The position numbers and the translations under genes were made by a program. A DNA stretch of 64,000 nt from an uncultured Gemmatimonadales bacterium (GTDB lineage Bacteria > Gemmatimonadota > Gemmatimonadetes > Gemmatimonadales > GWC2-71-9), in the NCBI GenBank assembly GCA_963795085.1, contig CAWCFX010000001.1:1216001-1280000 (forward strand), written 5' to 3'. How positions within the stretch are numbered: the first letter of the stretch is position 1; every line of letters starts with the position of its first letter. Shown piece by piece: positions 10,400 through 20,749 of the stretch. The notes beneath the pieces were generated by a model. That model was not told the origin of the DNA. It did not search any database and saw only the letters and a program-made list of their open reading frames with translations.

Positions 10400-11808
10400 C
10401 GCTGCTCTGGCTGGCTCTGGCCACCGTCGCCGGGGGCGTGGGTTTTATCCTGGGCCGCCGCCAGGGCGCCGGGGTCCAGCCGGCGGCGCCGGACCTGGAC
10501 CGGATGCAGCGGTTTCTGCCCGACCCGGCCATGCGCTGGCTGGGCCGCGCTCATGATGCCCGGGCGGTGTGGGCGCTGGAAGGACCCGAGCCTGCCACCG
10601 TCTCGGTGGCCCGGTACCTGGGGGGCGCCGGCCTCCCCGCCTCGGAGCTCGATCTGCTGGAACGAAAGATCGAAGTCCTGACCGGCCGCGAGGACGAAGG
10701 CGTGGAGCGCATCAACCGGGGGACGCTGATCTACGTCTCCCGGCCCTCCGCGGTGGCGGCCATGCTGATTCCCACCGGCCCGTCGGTCGCGACCGACCTG
10801 GCGCTGGACGACCTCCGCGACTTTGCCGACGCCCTGGTGTACCATCACGCCCTCCTCCCCACCCGGGAACGAAAGTCACCGGTGGAATCGCTGGCGACGG
10901 TCGGGCGGGGACTCGCGGTTCAGCTGGAACGGCTGGCGTTAAGCCCGGTGGCCATCGTCGCCGGGCTGCACGGGGGCGCCCAGGTGATCGCGGTTTCGCC
11001 GTCGGGCGACCAGCGGCTGATGCACCTCAGGGCTGAGCCCGGGAGCCCGGCGGGGCGGGTGGCCCAGGGCGACGCGGACGAGATGTTCACCCGGCTGGAT
11101 CCCCTGGGAAGCACCGTGGTGGACCGGCGCCGAATGTCCGCCTCCCAGCTGATTCCGCTGACCCGGGATTCGACCCGGCTCGGCACGGTGATCGTGTGGC
11201 CGCACCACGGCGAGGAACTGGCGGGGCAGGCGCTGGCCGACATCATGGAGGCGATCGGCTCCGTGGCGGTGGCCCTGGAGAATGCGCGGCAGGTCCACGA
11301 ACTGGAGCTGACGGCCACCACCGACCCCCTCACCGGGCTGACCAACCGGCGGGGGCTGGAAACGGCCATGGCGCGCATCGGGGCGCAGGCGGGCGCACTG
11401 ATCTACGCCGACCTCGACCGTTTCAAGCTCCTCAACGACAGCCTGGGACACCCCGCCGGCGATGACGCGCTCCGGTTCTTTGCCGGCATCATCCGGAAGC
11501 ACGTCCGGGCGACCGACACGCCCGCCCGGATCGGCGGGGAGGAGTTCGCGCTCTGGCTGCCCGGGGCCAGGGTACGGCTGGGAGAGGAGATCGCCGACCG
11601 GATCCGCAACTCGCTGGAGAAAGAATTGTGGACCTGGCAGGACCGCCACTGGCCGCTCACGGCCTCGTTCGGGGTGGCGGCATGTCCCGATACCAGCCGG
11701 AGCATCCAGAACCTGGCCGCACAGGCCGATGCGGCGCTCTACGCCGCCAAGAACGGGGGGCGGAACCGGGTGGTGGTGGCGGGGAAGTCGGGGGACTGGG
11801 TGATGTGA
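10396..11808 (+). CDS. Membrane-anchored diguanylate cyclase (GAF-like plus GGDEF)
   Basis: TDPLTGL, DLDRFK..ND..GH..GD, RxxD I-site (RATD) and GGEEF. The ATG overlaps the corA stop. Confidence 0.88.
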   Translation: MTLLWLALATVAGGVGFILGRRQGAGVQPAAPDLDRMQRFLPDPAMRWLGRAHDARAVWALEGPEPATVSVARYLGGAGLPASELDLLERKIEVLTGREDEGVERINRGTLIYVSRPSAVAAMLIPTGPSVATDLALDDLRDFADALVYHHALLPTRERKSPVESLATVGRGLAVQLERLALSPVAIVAGLHGGAQVIAVSPSGDQRLMHLRAEPGSPAGRVAQGDADEMFTRLDPLGSTVVDRRRMSASQLIPLTRDSTRLGTVIVWPHHGEELAGQALADIMEAIGSVAVALENARQVHELELTATTDPLTGLTNRRGLETAMARIGAQAGALIYADLDRFKLLNDSLGHPAGDDALRFFAGIIRKHVRATDTPARIGGEEFALWLPGARVRLGEEIADRIRNSLEKELWTWQDRHWPLTASFGVAACPDTSRSIQNLAAQADAALYAAKNGGRNRVVVAGKSGDWVM

Positions 11809-11847
11809 TCCGCGCTTGCGCTCCTGTCCATGCGGGATGGCTAATAC

Positions 11848-11876
11848 TTGAATTCCCAATGAGTTCTGGCTAGTTT
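11848..11876 (+). promoter_or_regulatory. Putative sigma70 promoter of ssrA
   Basis: TTGAAT-N17-TAGTTT ends 8 nt upstream of the tmRNA 5' end. Confidence 0.55.
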
Positions 11877-11884
11877 TATCGCAC

Positions 11885-12246
11885 GGGGGCGATCGGCTTC
11901 GACGGGTTTGATGAAGGAATCGCCGCGTGCCCAGGTCCAGGTTCCTGGTAAAACCGCTTGGAAAGATTCAACTGCCAATTCTGAACTGGCAATGGCCGCG
12001 TAAGCTGAGCTAACGCTCGCTTCACGCACCTTCCGCAGTTGTAGCTCGCCCGGCGCGACGCTGCGGAATCGCAAATCCGGGCTGGCAAGCCGCGCTGCTC
12101 CGTCGCGGTAAGCGAGATTTCAGGAGCTGATCTGTCAGGCGGTCGGTTCATCACCGGCTGATGGACGAAGCAGAGAGATGAGCCTACGCACGTAGACGTT
12201 ATTCTGGAGACTCATCCGGACCAGGGTTCGATTCCCTGCGCCTCCA
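11885..12246 (+). ncRNA. ssrA: tmRNA; tag reading frame ANSELAMAA* at 11974-12003
   Basis: The 5' GGGGGCGATCGGCTTCGACGG pairs with the 3' CAGGGTTCGATTCCCTGCGCCTCCA (alanyl acceptor stem with G-U pair and a T-arm). The internal tag ORF ends in AA-stop. Confidence 0.96.
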
Positions 12247-12263
12247 TAACTCTCCTCCCCCGG

Positions 12264-12294
12264 CCCCCGCTCCGTTTCGGAGCGGGGGTTTTTT
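12264..12294 (+). terminator. Rho-independent terminator of ssrA
   Basis: CCCCCGCTCCG-TTT-CGGAGCGGGGG followed by TTTTTT. Confidence 0.9.
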
Positions 12295-12299
12295 CTTCC

Positions 12300-12702
12300 G
12301 AGATTATGCCGGGCGCTGGCCCTGCCTTGGACACCAAGGCACGAAACCTCAGGAAACAACGAAGGCGGTGTCTGCTTGGAGTGTTTCGTGCTTTGTTGTT
12401 CCGGGCAGGGCTGGTCACCAGTACAATCCTGGAGATAGTACCAGGCGCGGGCCCTGCCTTGACGCCAAAGCACGAAATACCACGAAACAGGGAAGACATC
12501 TGTCGGTGTGCCTTTCTTCCGTTGTTGTTTGGTCTTTCGTGCCTTGTCGTTCCGGGCAGGGCTGGTCTCCAGTACAATCCCGGAGATAGTACCGGGCGCG
12601 GGCCCTGCCTTGACGCCAAAGCACAAATATCATGAAACAAGGAAAGCGAAATCTTGGCATTCGTGCTGTGTTGTTCCGCAGGGCTGGTTACCGCTACAAT
12701 CC
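12300..12702. repeat. Array of three tandem palindromic units (starts 12300, 12432, 12583) with conserved arms and variable cores
   Basis: The left arm GAGAT..CCRGGCGC.GGCCCTGCCTTG..ACRCCAARGCAC(G)AAA and the right arm TTCGTGC..TGTYGTTCCG(GG)CAGGGCTGGT..CC..TACAATCC each recur three times. Confidence 0.9.
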
Positions 12703-12754
12703 TCAGGCAATACCGTGAGGACGGCCTGCCGGGCGGTCCCTTCCCGCATGCCGG

Positions 12755-12783
12755 ACAACCTTTTCCATCCGCCGGACGACTAA
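12755..12783 (+). promoter_or_regulatory. Putative ECF-sigma autoregulatory promoter
   Basis: ACAACC-N16-CGACTAA resembles the AAC-N16-CGT/CGA ECF consensus and lies 34 nt upstream of the sigma start. Confidence 0.45.
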
Positions 12784-12816
12784 CCTGCACATGACCGTGC
12801 CCGCGGCAGGCCACAC

Positions 12817-13344
12817 GTGAACCCCGACAGGGATCTCGTCCAGGCCATCCTCCAGGATGGCGACGAGGGGGCGTTCCGCGAACTCTACCGCCGGCACACC
12901 AACCGTCTCTACGCCACCGCGCTCCGGCTCCTGGCCCATTCGGAGATGGACGCCGAGGATGCGGTGCAGGAAACCTGGGTTCGGGCGGTGCGGGAACTGG
13001 AGCGGTTTCGCTGGGGGGCGGCCTTGAGCACCTGGCTGATCGCCATCCTGACCAATGTCGCCCGCGACCAGATACGAAAGACGCACCGGCTGGCGGAACA
13101 GGAATTCGGACCCGTCGAGCTGGCGGGGTCCACCGCCGCCCCCGGTGACCGGGTTGACCTGGAGCGGGCCATCGCGCTGCTGCCCGAGGGCTACCGGACC
13201 GTGCTGGTCCTGCACGATGTGGAAGGCCTGACCCACGAAGAAATCGGGGCGGCCCTGGGGATCGCCCCGGGAACGTCCAAGAGCCAGCTGTTCAGCGCCC
13301 GGCGATCCATGCGGGCGCTGCTGCAACCGCAAGTGGAGGGATGA
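12817..13344 (+). CDS. ECF RNA polymerase sigma-70 factor
   Basis: Region 2 (DAEDAVQETW, LSTWL) and region 4 (LPEGYRTVLVLHDVEGLTHEEIG..GTSKSQL). Confidence 0.93.
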   Translation: MNPDRDLVQAILQDGDEGAFRELYRRHTNRLYATALRLLAHSEMDAEDAVQETWVRAVRELERFRWGAALSTWLIAILTNVARDQIRKTHRLAEQEFGPVELAGSTAAPGDRVDLERAIALLPEGYRTVLVLHDVEGLTHEEIGAALGIAPGTSKSQLFSARRSMRALLQPQVEG

Positions 13345-13889
13345 TGACCGACCCCGATGATCTGACGCCGGCCGAACGCCGCGCGCTGGCCAGCCTGTCC
13401 ACGGGGCCCCAGCCGGGCCGCCTGCTGGAGGAACGCACGGTGCAGGCGCTCCGGGCCGAAGGGTTGTTGCGTACCCGCCCGCGGCGGTTCCCGGCGGCCC
13501 GGCGGGCGGCGGCTGCGGCCGTCGCCGCCGGCCTGTTCTTCGGCGGCCTGGCCACCGGGCAATGGATCGCGGGCCGGGAGACCGGCCGCATGGTGAGCCA
13601 GCTCGAGGCCAGTCATGCCATGGAGGCGGCGCTACTGGTGCAGCGGACCGGGTCGGCCTACGCGCAGGCCATCGCCGGACTGGCCACTTCACGGAACGCC
13701 GGCGACAGCCTGGTCGTGGCGCAGGGGCGGGAGGTGGCCCTCAGCGCGCTGTATGGCGCCGCCAACCAGCTGGTCCGGATCTCCCCCGATGATCCGCTCG
13801 TCGTCCGCATTCTCCAGGCGATGGAACAGGAGCGGGCCGACACTGGTACGACCGCAGCGGGAGGGACCCGCCGCGTGATCTGGTTCTGA
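13341..13889 (+). CDS. Putative single-TM anti-sigma factor
   Basis: Overlaps the sigma stop; short N-terminus, one TM helix and a helical C-terminal domain. Confidence 0.6.
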   Translation: MMTDPDDLTPAERRALASLSTGPQPGRLLEERTVQALRAEGLLRTRPRRFPAARRAAAAAVAAGLFFGGLATGQWIAGRETGRMVSQLEASHAMEAALLVQRTGSAYAQAIAGLATSRNAGDSLVVAQGREVALSALYGAANQLVRISPDDPLVVRILQAMEQERADTGTTAAGGTRRVIWF

Positions 13890-13903
13890 CAAGGAGATTG
13901 TCC

Positions 13904-15325
13904 ATGCCAACGCTGCCCCCGCGACCCTGGCGCTCACTGTTCTTGCTCGGCGCGCTGCTGGTCCCGGGCCAGGTGGGTGCCCAGGGTGTCACCACCGCTT
14001 CATCGTGCACCGGAGCCCCTTCCGCCCTCGGCCCCCTTGGCATCCTCGAGGTGAGTTGTGATTGTACCTTCGACAGCCGGAACGGCACCTGGACTTTTCG
14101 GGGAGAGCCCGAGATTCGGGCCGTGGCCCCCGGCGGCCCCTCGGCCGGACGCCTGCGGCCTGGCGACATCGTCGTGGCGGTGGACGGGATCCCGATCACG
14201 ACCCGGGCCGCGGGTACCCGGCTCTCCCGGTACACGACCACCCCGCTCACCCTCAGGGTCCGCAGGGGGAACCGGGAGATCGAAGTTCGAATCACGCCCG
14301 AGGAACCGTGCCAACCCCCGGTGCCCCCCCGGCCGGCGTCGGCTGCGCCGCCCCGGGCTGTATCGGCCCCCCGGCTTCCCGGCGCCGGCACCCCCCCGGT
14401 GACTCCCCAGCCCCCATCGGCCGTTCGCGCTCCGCCGGCCCCGCCCACCTCGGGTGGATGGTTCGGGTTCGGGATCAGCTGCACCAACTGTGAAATGAAC
14501 GTGACCAATCACGCGGACATCGAGCGGGCCGAATTCGAGCTGCGCGCCCTGCTCGATCGACCAAATGGCGATGCGTCGGCGATTCTTTCGGCGCGGGCCA
14601 AGGTCCGGGACCTGCGGCGGGCGAACACTTCCTGGCGCTTCAGCGAGTATCCATCCCTCTTCTCGGTCGACCGCGGCAGCCCGGCCCTGGAGGCCGGCCT
14701 TCAGCGGGGGGATGTCCTGCTCAAGATCGATGGGCATTCCCTGCTCACCGCCGAGGGCGCCCGGCGGTTCGCCCTGGTGGAGCCGGGCCAGACGGTGGGT
14801 TTCACCTATCGGCGGGGTGGGTCGGAGCATTCGGTCAATGTGCAGGCCGTTGAACGTCCCTACTCGTCTTTCGTCGCCGCTCCGGTAGGACGGGCGACCG
14901 AAACGCTGGGCCGACTGGAACGGATCGAGATGCTGCGGGAGCGGGAACTGGAGGAGCACGCAGCCCGGCTGACCGAGACGCTGGACCGCGCGGAGGGCAG
15001 TGCGCGGGGCGGCCGGGACCGGGAACGGGCGCTGGCCGAACTCCGGGCCCAGACGGAGGCGCTCAGCACGACCCAAACCTCCGAATCCCAGGTTCAGTTG
15101 GAGCGGCTGCGGTCCCAACTGGCCCTGCTGGAACGATCGCGCCCGCTGGCGCTTGAGTCCTCGCCGGAGGAGCAGCACCTCCGGTTCGCCGGCTCGGTCG
15201 GGAACACCGAGGTCGAGGTGCGGGGCCGTAGTTCCGTGGTCGTCAGCTATGATCGGGGCACCGGCGAGTTGCTGATCAGCACGCTGGATTCCACCATCCG
15301 GGTCAAGGCGCCGGCCCAGCGGTGA
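13904..15325 (+). CDS. Secreted protein with two PDZ domains, a Pro-rich linker and a coiled coil
   Basis: Signal peptide; V..GGPS..L.PGDI.VAVDG and VDRGSPA..AGLQRGDVLLKIDG; AAGGAG RBS. Confidence 0.8.
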   Translation: MPTLPPRPWRSLFLLGALLVPGQVGAQGVTTASSCTGAPSALGPLGILEVSCDCTFDSRNGTWTFRGEPEIRAVAPGGPSAGRLRPGDIVVAVDGIPITTRAAGTRLSRYTTTPLTLRVRRGNREIEVRITPEEPCQPPVPPRPASAAPPRAVSAPRLPGAGTPPVTPQPPSAVRAPPAPPTSGGWFGFGISCTNCEMNVTNHADIERAEFELRALLDRPNGDASAILSARAKVRDLRRANTSWRFSEYPSLFSVDRGSPALEAGLQRGDVLLKIDGHSLLTAEGARRFALVEPGQTVGFTYRRGGSEHSVNVQAVERPYSSFVAAPVGRATETLGRLERIEMLRERELEEHAARLTETLDRAEGSARGGRDRERALAELRAQTEALSTTQTSESQVQLERLRSQLALLERSRPLALESSPEEQHLRFAGSVGNTEVEVRGRSSVVVSYDRGTGELLISTLDSTIRVKAPAQR

Positions 15326-15521
15326 GTGAGGGCCAAAGTCGCGAAGTTCAGTTGCAAACCTCCGAGGTTCACCCCCGGGGGTTGTCGAAACCAGGGGCCC
15401 GGGGCAGCGATTCGGGTGAGGAGACCAGGGCAGGCCGCCCCGGCAGTTGACGACCGGCTGCCGGAGGTGGTAATTGAGGGTGTCGCCGCCCTCTTCCGTG
15501 ACCCGATCCCCCTGGCCGCCC

Positions 15522-16766
15522 ATGTCGTCATCTCTCGCCCACCCCGTTTCGGTTTCCCGGCTTACCGCGCTCCGGGCCCGGTTTCCCGCCCTGGCCCGGA
15601 CCCACCAGGGGGTTCCGGTGGCGTACTTCGACGGCCCCGGCGGCACCCAGGTGCCCCAGCCGGTGGTCGACGCGATGACCGATTACCTCCTCCACCATAA
15701 CGCCAATACCCACTGGAACTATCCCACCAGCGCCGAGACAGACCAGGCGATCGCCGATGCCCGGCAGGCGCTGGCCGATTTCCTGAATGCGCGGCCGGAG
15801 GAAATTGCCTTTGGGGCCAACATGACGACCCTCACCTTTCACCTGGCCCGGGCGCTGGGCCGGCGCTGGCGGGAAGGGGACACGGTCGTGATCACCGAGC
15901 TGGACCACCAGGCGAACGTGGCGCCCTGGGAGGCCCTGATCCACGAGCGGGGTATCCGGCTCCGGATTGTCGGTTTTCATCCCGAGTCAGGAGAACTGGA
16001 CTGGGACGATCTCGAGCGCGCCCTGGCGGCCCGGCCCCGCCTGCTCGCAATCGGCGCAGCCTCCAACGCGCTGGGCACCATCAACGATGTGCAGCGTGCG
16101 ACCACGCTGGCCCGGGCCGCGGGCGCCCTGACCTTCGTGGATGCCGTCCACTACGCCCCCCACAACCTGGTGGACGTCGAAGCGCTGGGGTGTGATTTCC
16201 TCGCCTGCTCGGCCTACAAGTTCTATGGCCCCCACGTGGGCGTGCTCTTTGGGAAACGCGCCCTGCTCGAAGAGCTGCACCCGCCCAAGCTGACGCCGGC
16301 CCCGGAAACCGCCCCCGAGAAAATGGAAACCGGCACCCAGAACCATGAAGGCATCGTCGGCGCGGCCGCGGCGGTGGATTTCCTGGCCGGGCAGGGTGAG
16401 GGAGATACGCGGCGGGAACGGCTGGTCGCGGCTTTCGGCGCGTTCCATGCCTCGGGGCGGCAGCTGTTCGGTCAGCTCTGGAGCGGCCTCGGGCTGATCC
16501 CCGGCGTGCTCCGGTATGGCGTGGGGCTGGGCGGGGAACGAACCCCCACGGCAGCCTTTACCCTGGCCAGAGTTCCCGCCGACCAGGTGAGTGAGGCGCT
16601 GGCCCGCCGGGGGGTCTTCGTATCGCACGGGGACTTCTATGCCAGCACCGTCACCAGCCGCCTCAAGGTGGGGCCCCAGGGGCTGGTGCGGGCCGGCTGC
16701 GCCTGCTACAGCAGCGCGGCCGAGGTGGACCGGCTGCTGGAGGGCATCGAGGCTCTGGCTAGGTAG
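15522..16766 (+). CDS. Cysteine desulfurase-like protein (class V aminotransferase)
   Basis: Motifs [34 protein letters not shown] and ETGT. Confidence 0.9.
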   Translation: MSSSLAHPVSVSRLTALRARFPALARTHQGVPVAYFDGPGGTQVPQPVVDAMTDYLLHHNANTHWNYPTSAETDQAIADARQALADFLNARPEEIAFGANMTTLTFHLARALGRRWREGDTVVITELDHQANVAPWEALIHERGIRLRIVGFHPESGELDWDDLERALAARPRLLAIGAASNALGTINDVQRATTLARAAGALTFVDAVHYAPHNLVDVEALGCDFLACSAYKFYGPHVGVLFGKRALLEELHPPKLTPAPETAPEKMETGTQNHEGIVGAAAAVDFLAGQGEGDTRRERLVAAFGAFHASGRQLFGQLWSGLGLIPGVLRYGVGLGGERTPTAAFTLARVPADQVSEALARRGVFVSHGDFYASTVTSRLKVGPQGLVRAGCACYSSAAEVDRLLEGIEALAR

Positions 16767-17247
16767 GGAGCTTCTTCGCCAGGACTTTCTCTTCCTGCGC
16801 CTTCCGGAACGCGCGCAGTTTGTCCGCCATCTCCGGGTCGGTCCGCGCGATCATCGCCACGGCGAACAGGGCGGCGTTCGCGGCGCCCGCCTCGCCGATA
16901 GCAAAGGTGGCCACCGGGATACCGGCCGGCATCTGGGCGGTGGACAACAGGGAGTCGAGGCCCTGCAGGTATTTGGAGGGCATCGGGACGCCAAGCACGG
17001 GCAGCGTAGTCTTCGAGGCGATGACCCCCGCGAGGTGGGCCGCGCCGCCGGCCCCGGCGATGATGCAGACCATGCCCCGGCCCTGCGCTTCCTCGGCGAA
17101 CTTGACGGCGTGGTCCGGGGTCCGGTGCGCGGACAGAACCCGCGCATCAACCGTGATGCCGAACGCGGCCAGTTGTTTCGCGGCGTGTTCCATCGTCGGC
17201 CAGTCGCTGTCGCTGCCCATCAGAATTCCCACCAGTGGCGCTGCCAT
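16759..17247 (-). CDS. purE: N5-carboxyaminoimidazole ribonucleotide mutase
   Basis: Motifs [20 protein letters not shown] and [18 protein letters not shown]. Confidence 0.96.
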   Translation of the reverse strand: MAAPLVGILMGSDSDWPTMEHAAKQLAAFGITVDARVLSAHRTPDHAVKFAEEAQGRGMVCIIAGAGGAAHLAGVIASKTTLPVLGVPMPSKYLQGLDSLLSTAQMPAGIPVATFAIGEAGAANAALFAVAMIARTDPEMADKLRAFRKAQEEKVLAKKLPT

Positions 17248-17448
17248 CCTTCCTCCTGTCGCTAGAGTTAGTGGTTCTGCCCCCAAAATAACCCGGTCCG
17301 GCATTTCAATTGCAGACCGTTCCGGGTACCTTGTACCTATCCGCAGGACAGGGGGGCCTCTCCGGGCCGCGACCGGCTGGGGAGAGCCGATTCCATAGCT
17401 GTATGCCCGACCCAGTTCGATCGCCAGCACCCTCTGGAGGAAACCGGG

Positions 17449-18006
17449 ATGCAGGCTCAGCCCACTCAAGCGATCCTCGCGGCGTACCTGGAGGCCATTT
17501 CGGCGTTCTGGCCGGAATTGCATACCCGGCTGCTGCAGCGATCCGCCACCTGGGCCGGGCAGTCGGAGGACGAGCTGGGTAGGGAACTCGAGGCATGCCT
17601 CGCCGAGGCGTCCGGCCCGGGCAGCCAGGTCAGGATATTCTGGAAATTGGGACCCGATCTTCGCTTCGGTGGGTGTAACCGGCTGTTCGCGGAGGATGCC
17701 GGCGTGCCCGCGGCCAGCCTGGTCGGTATGGATGACTTCGATCCCCGGCTGCCGTGGGCCGGCCAGGCCGAGAAGTTCCGGGCGGACGACCTGGGAGTAT
17801 TTCTGGGAGGAGAACCTCGCATGGATATCGTCGAGCGGCAGCGCTCCGCCGCCGGCGTCATCTGGGTGAAGGTCGCGAAGGTCCCCATTCGTTCCCCGGC
17901 GGGCCCGACCGGCATTCTCGGCCTGTACCAGATCCTGGAATCCGAGTTGGACGGAGGACTGCTTTCCCAGCCCACTCCCTCCACCTCGCTCTCCGCCCCC
18001 GCGTGA
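17449..18006 (+). CDS. Small PAS-fold protein
   Basis: PAS_4-like pattern FWK...RF.GCN..FA..AG ... FRADD ... WVKVAKVPI...GILG; GGAGG RBS. Confidence 0.65.
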   Translation: MQAQPTQAILAAYLEAISAFWPELHTRLLQRSATWAGQSEDELGRELEACLAEASGPGSQVRIFWKLGPDLRFGGCNRLFAEDAGVPAASLVGMDDFDPRLPWAGQAEKFRADDLGVFLGGEPRMDIVERQRSAAGVIWVKVAKVPIRSPAGPTGILGLYQILESELDGGLLSQPTPSTSLSAPA

Positions 18007-20744
18007 GTTCCACCACCGACCGTTCGGTCTCGGCGGGGTCCCTGGCCGCGGGCACCGCGCTGTACGGCCTTGCCTATTTCGTGTGGGAGCGGGCAGGCTG
18101 GGGTACGGCCGAGATGCGCGACCTGCTGTCCAATGTCGCGTTCATGCCGCTCAACGCGATGGTCGCCCTCCTCTTCGGGCTGGCCTCCCGCAACCAGGTC
18201 CTGGAACCCCGGGTCCGGGGGGCACTGCGCCTGCTGGCGGTGGCCAGCACGATGGTGCTGATCGGCAATTCCATCTCGGTCTATTACGACACGGTGCTGG
18301 AGATCAACCCGCCGATATCCTGGGCCGACCTGTTCTATATATCCGACAGTTTCCTCACCGTCGCCGCCCTGCTGAGTTTCCCCATCGCCGAACGCACCTC
18401 GATCGAGTGGCGGAAATTCGCGCTCGACGCGACGGTGGTGCTGCTGGGCGGGGCAGTGGCCATCTGGTTCTTCGTCATGCGGCCGATCGCCGCGGTGGGC
18501 GAAAGCCAGGGCACCGCAGTGGTGCTGGTTTTCGCCTATCCGCTGGCCGGCCTGCTGGTCCTCCTCGGGATCATCACGGTCCTCCTTCGCCGGCCCACGG
18601 ACAACAACCGGCTGGCCTTTCACCTCCTGGTGGCGGCCAGCGGGCTTTCGATCGTCGCCGACCTGGTTTTCAACTACATCCTCGCGGACGAGGGGCGGCG
18701 GGCCGCCGCGTGGACCGACGGGATCTACCTGGTGGTCTACACGTTGCTGGTCGCCAGCGGGGAACTGTATTGGCGGCGGCCGGTTCCCCGCCGCCGGGTA
18801 GAGCCCCGGGAATCCCCCCGCTCTCAGCCGCTCAGCGCGCTTCCCTATATCGCGGCCGCCGGGGTCTACGGTCTGCTGCTGATCGCGGCGCTGGAGAACT
18901 GGGTGGACCCGATCAGCGGCCTCACCATTGGGGCCGTGCTGGTGACCATCGTCGTGCTGATTCGGCAGTTCACCGCGGTCCGGCAGAACGTCCGGCTGCT
19001 GGCGGTGCAGGCCGCCCGTCAGAACGAGGCGCGGTTCCGTTCGATGGTCCAGAACTCGTCCGACGTCATTCTCGTCATTCAGCCCGATGCCTCGATCCGG
19101 TTCGTGAGCCCCTCGGTGACCCGGGTCTTCGGCTACGCGCCGGGGGTACTGACCGGGGCGCGGCTGCTGGACTTCGTGCATCCCGAGGACGCCGCGGGGT
19201 TCGCCAGCTTCCTGCGTGACGCCGCCGGCCATCCGGGCGTGACGCCGCCAGCGGAATGGCGGATGCGGCGGCCCGACGGAGCCTGGCTGCATTCCGAGGC
19301 GATCGGGACCAACCTGATGCACGATCCGGATGTCGCCGGCATCGTGCTCAACGCCCGGGACGTGAGCGAGCGCAAGCAGCTGGAGCAGCAGTTGATGCAC
19401 CAGGCCTTTCACGATCCGCTCACCGGGCTCGCCAACCGGGCGCTGTTCCGTGACCGGGTGAGCCACGCGCTCACCATCGCCAACCGGCAGGGCGGCTCGC
19501 TCGCGGTGCTCTTCCTCGACCTGGACGATTTCAAGAAGGTCAACGACAGCCTGGGCCACAGCGAGGGCGACCGACTCCTGGTCGAGGTGGCCCGCCGGCT
19601 GCGCAGCTGCGCCCGGGAGTCGGACACGGTGGCCCGGCTGGGCGGCGACGAGTTCGCCGTCCTGATCGAGGACCCGGCCCAGAGTGACGGGCCCGATACC
19701 GTGGTGGACCGGATTACCCGCGCCATGGCGCGCCCCTTTCCCATTGGCAACAGCGACCTGGAGATTCACGCCAGCGCCGGCATCGCGACACCCGCGAGCG
19801 GCGATACCGCCGATGCCCTGCTGCGCAACGCCGACGTGGCGATGTACAGCGCCAAGCGGGCCGGCAAAGGCCGCAGCGTGCGGTTTGACCCGGGGATGTA
19901 TGCCAGCGTGCTGAACCGCCTCGAAATGGAAACGGCCTTGCGGCACGCCATCGAGCGCCATGAGCTGGCGCTGTACTACCAGCCGATCGTGTCGCTCAAG
20001 AGCGGAAACCTGGTGGGCGTGGAAGCGCTGGTCCGCTGGAATCATCCCCAGCACGGGTCGCTGGTTCCGCTCCACTTCATTCCGCTCGCCGAGGAGACCG
20101 GGCTGATCGTGCCGCTGGGCCGCTGGGTGCTGGCCGAATCCCTCCGCCAGCTGGCCATCTGGAAAGCCCGCTTTCCGCGGGCCGAGGTCGCTGTCTACGT
20201 GAACATGTCGGGAAGGGAACTGGCTGAAGCGGATGCCGTGGAGACAATCCGGCAGCTGCTGGAGCAGGCGGCAGTGGACCCGCACGGGCTGGTGCTGGAG
20301 ATTACCGAGAGCGTCCTGATGCAGCAAAGTGACGAGGCGCTGACCCGGCTGCATGATCTCCGGGCCCTGGGCCTGCGCCTGGCGATCGATGATTTCGGGA
20401 CCGGATATTCATCGCTCAGCTACCTGCAGCGGTTTCCCATTGACATCCTCAAGATCGCCAAGCCGTTCGTGGACGACGTGGCCGCCGGGGTCGAGCGTTC
20501 GGCGCTGGCCCGTGCCATCATCGGCATCGGCAGTACGCTCAAGCTCACCACGCTGGCCGAGGGCATCGAGATGGCGGAGCAACGCGCTGGCCTGGTGAAG
20601 CTGGGGTGCCAGCTGGGGCAGGGGTACTATTTTGCCCGGCCGCTGCCGGCCGATGGGATCGAGGCCATCCTCAAGAGCCCGGGGGTGGAGGTGCGGCAAT
20701 ACCGGAGCGGCGAACACGCCATGCCGGCGGCCGACGGGACCTGA
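18003..20744 (+). CDS. Multi-TM sensor plus PAS, GGDEF and EAL (c-di-GMP cyclase/phosphodiesterase)
   Basis: Hydrophobic N-terminus, PAS (FVHPED), RLGGDEF, VEALVRW and [10 protein letters not shown]. The GTG overlaps the upstream stop. Confidence 0.93.
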   Translation: MSSTTDRSVSAGSLAAGTALYGLAYFVWERAGWGTAEMRDLLSNVAFMPLNAMVALLFGLASRNQVLEPRVRGALRLLAVASTMVLIGNSISVYYDTVLEINPPISWADLFYISDSFLTVAALLSFPIAERTSIEWRKFALDATVVLLGGAVAIWFFVMRPIAAVGESQGTAVVLVFAYPLAGLLVLLGIITVLLRRPTDNNRLAFHLLVAASGLSIVADLVFNYILADEGRRAAAWTDGIYLVVYTLLVASGELYWRRPVPRRRVEPRESPRSQPLSALPYIAAAGVYGLLLIAALENWVDPISGLTIGAVLVTIVVLIRQFTAVRQNVRLLAVQAARQNEARFRSMVQNSSDVILVIQPDASIRFVSPSVTRVFGYAPGVLTGARLLDFVHPEDAAGFASFLRDAAGHPGVTPPAEWRMRRPDGAWLHSEAIGTNLMHDPDVAGIVLNARDVSERKQLEQQLMHQAFHDPLTGLANRALFRDRVSHALTIANRQGGSLAVLFLDLDDFKKVNDSLGHSEGDRLLVEVARRLRSCARESDTVARLGGDEFAVLIEDPAQSDGPDTVVDRITRAMARPFPIGNSDLEIHASAGIATPASGDTADALLRNADVAMYSAKRAGKGRSVRFDPGMYASVLNRLEMETALRHAIERHELALYYQPIVSLKSGNLVGVEALVRWNHPQHGSLVPLHFIPLAEETGLIVPLGRWVLAESLRQLAIWKARFPRAEVAVYVNMSGRELAEADAVETIRQLLEQAAVDPHGLVLEITESVLMQQSDEALTRLHDLRALGLRLAIDDFGTGYSSLSYLQRFPIDILKIAKPFVDDVAAGVERSALARAIIGIGSTLKLTTLAEGIEMAEQRAGLVKLGCQLGQGYYFARPLPADGIEAILKSPGVEVRQYRSGEHAMPAADGT

Positions 20745-20749
20745 CTCCG

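Noticed and set aside
12200..12300. Genomic island integrated at the tmRNA 3' end
   Set aside because: No integrase follows ssrA, the native terminator is in place, and I saw no duplicate of the ssrA 3' end in the window.
12300..12702. CRISPR array or integron attC array interpretation of the palindromic units
   Set aside because: The repeats (about 94 nt) are far longer than CRISPR repeats, spacer lengths vary widely and no cas genes are present. There are no RYYYAAC/GTTRRRY ends, no cassette ORFs and no integrase.
12135..12814. ORFs overlapping the repeat array (e.g. 12135..12626, 12212..12814, 12306..12635)
   Set aside because: They overlap tmRNA or its terminator, simply translate the repeats, and lack an RBS or protein-like composition.
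17466..20354. Very long antisense or alternate-frame ORFs (also 2608..4395, 22221..24356, 55713..58343, 57995..60004, 62190..63995, 62642..63868)
   Set aside because: They shadow well-supported genes and are expected from stop-codon scarcity in high-GC DNA; they contain no recognisable motifs.
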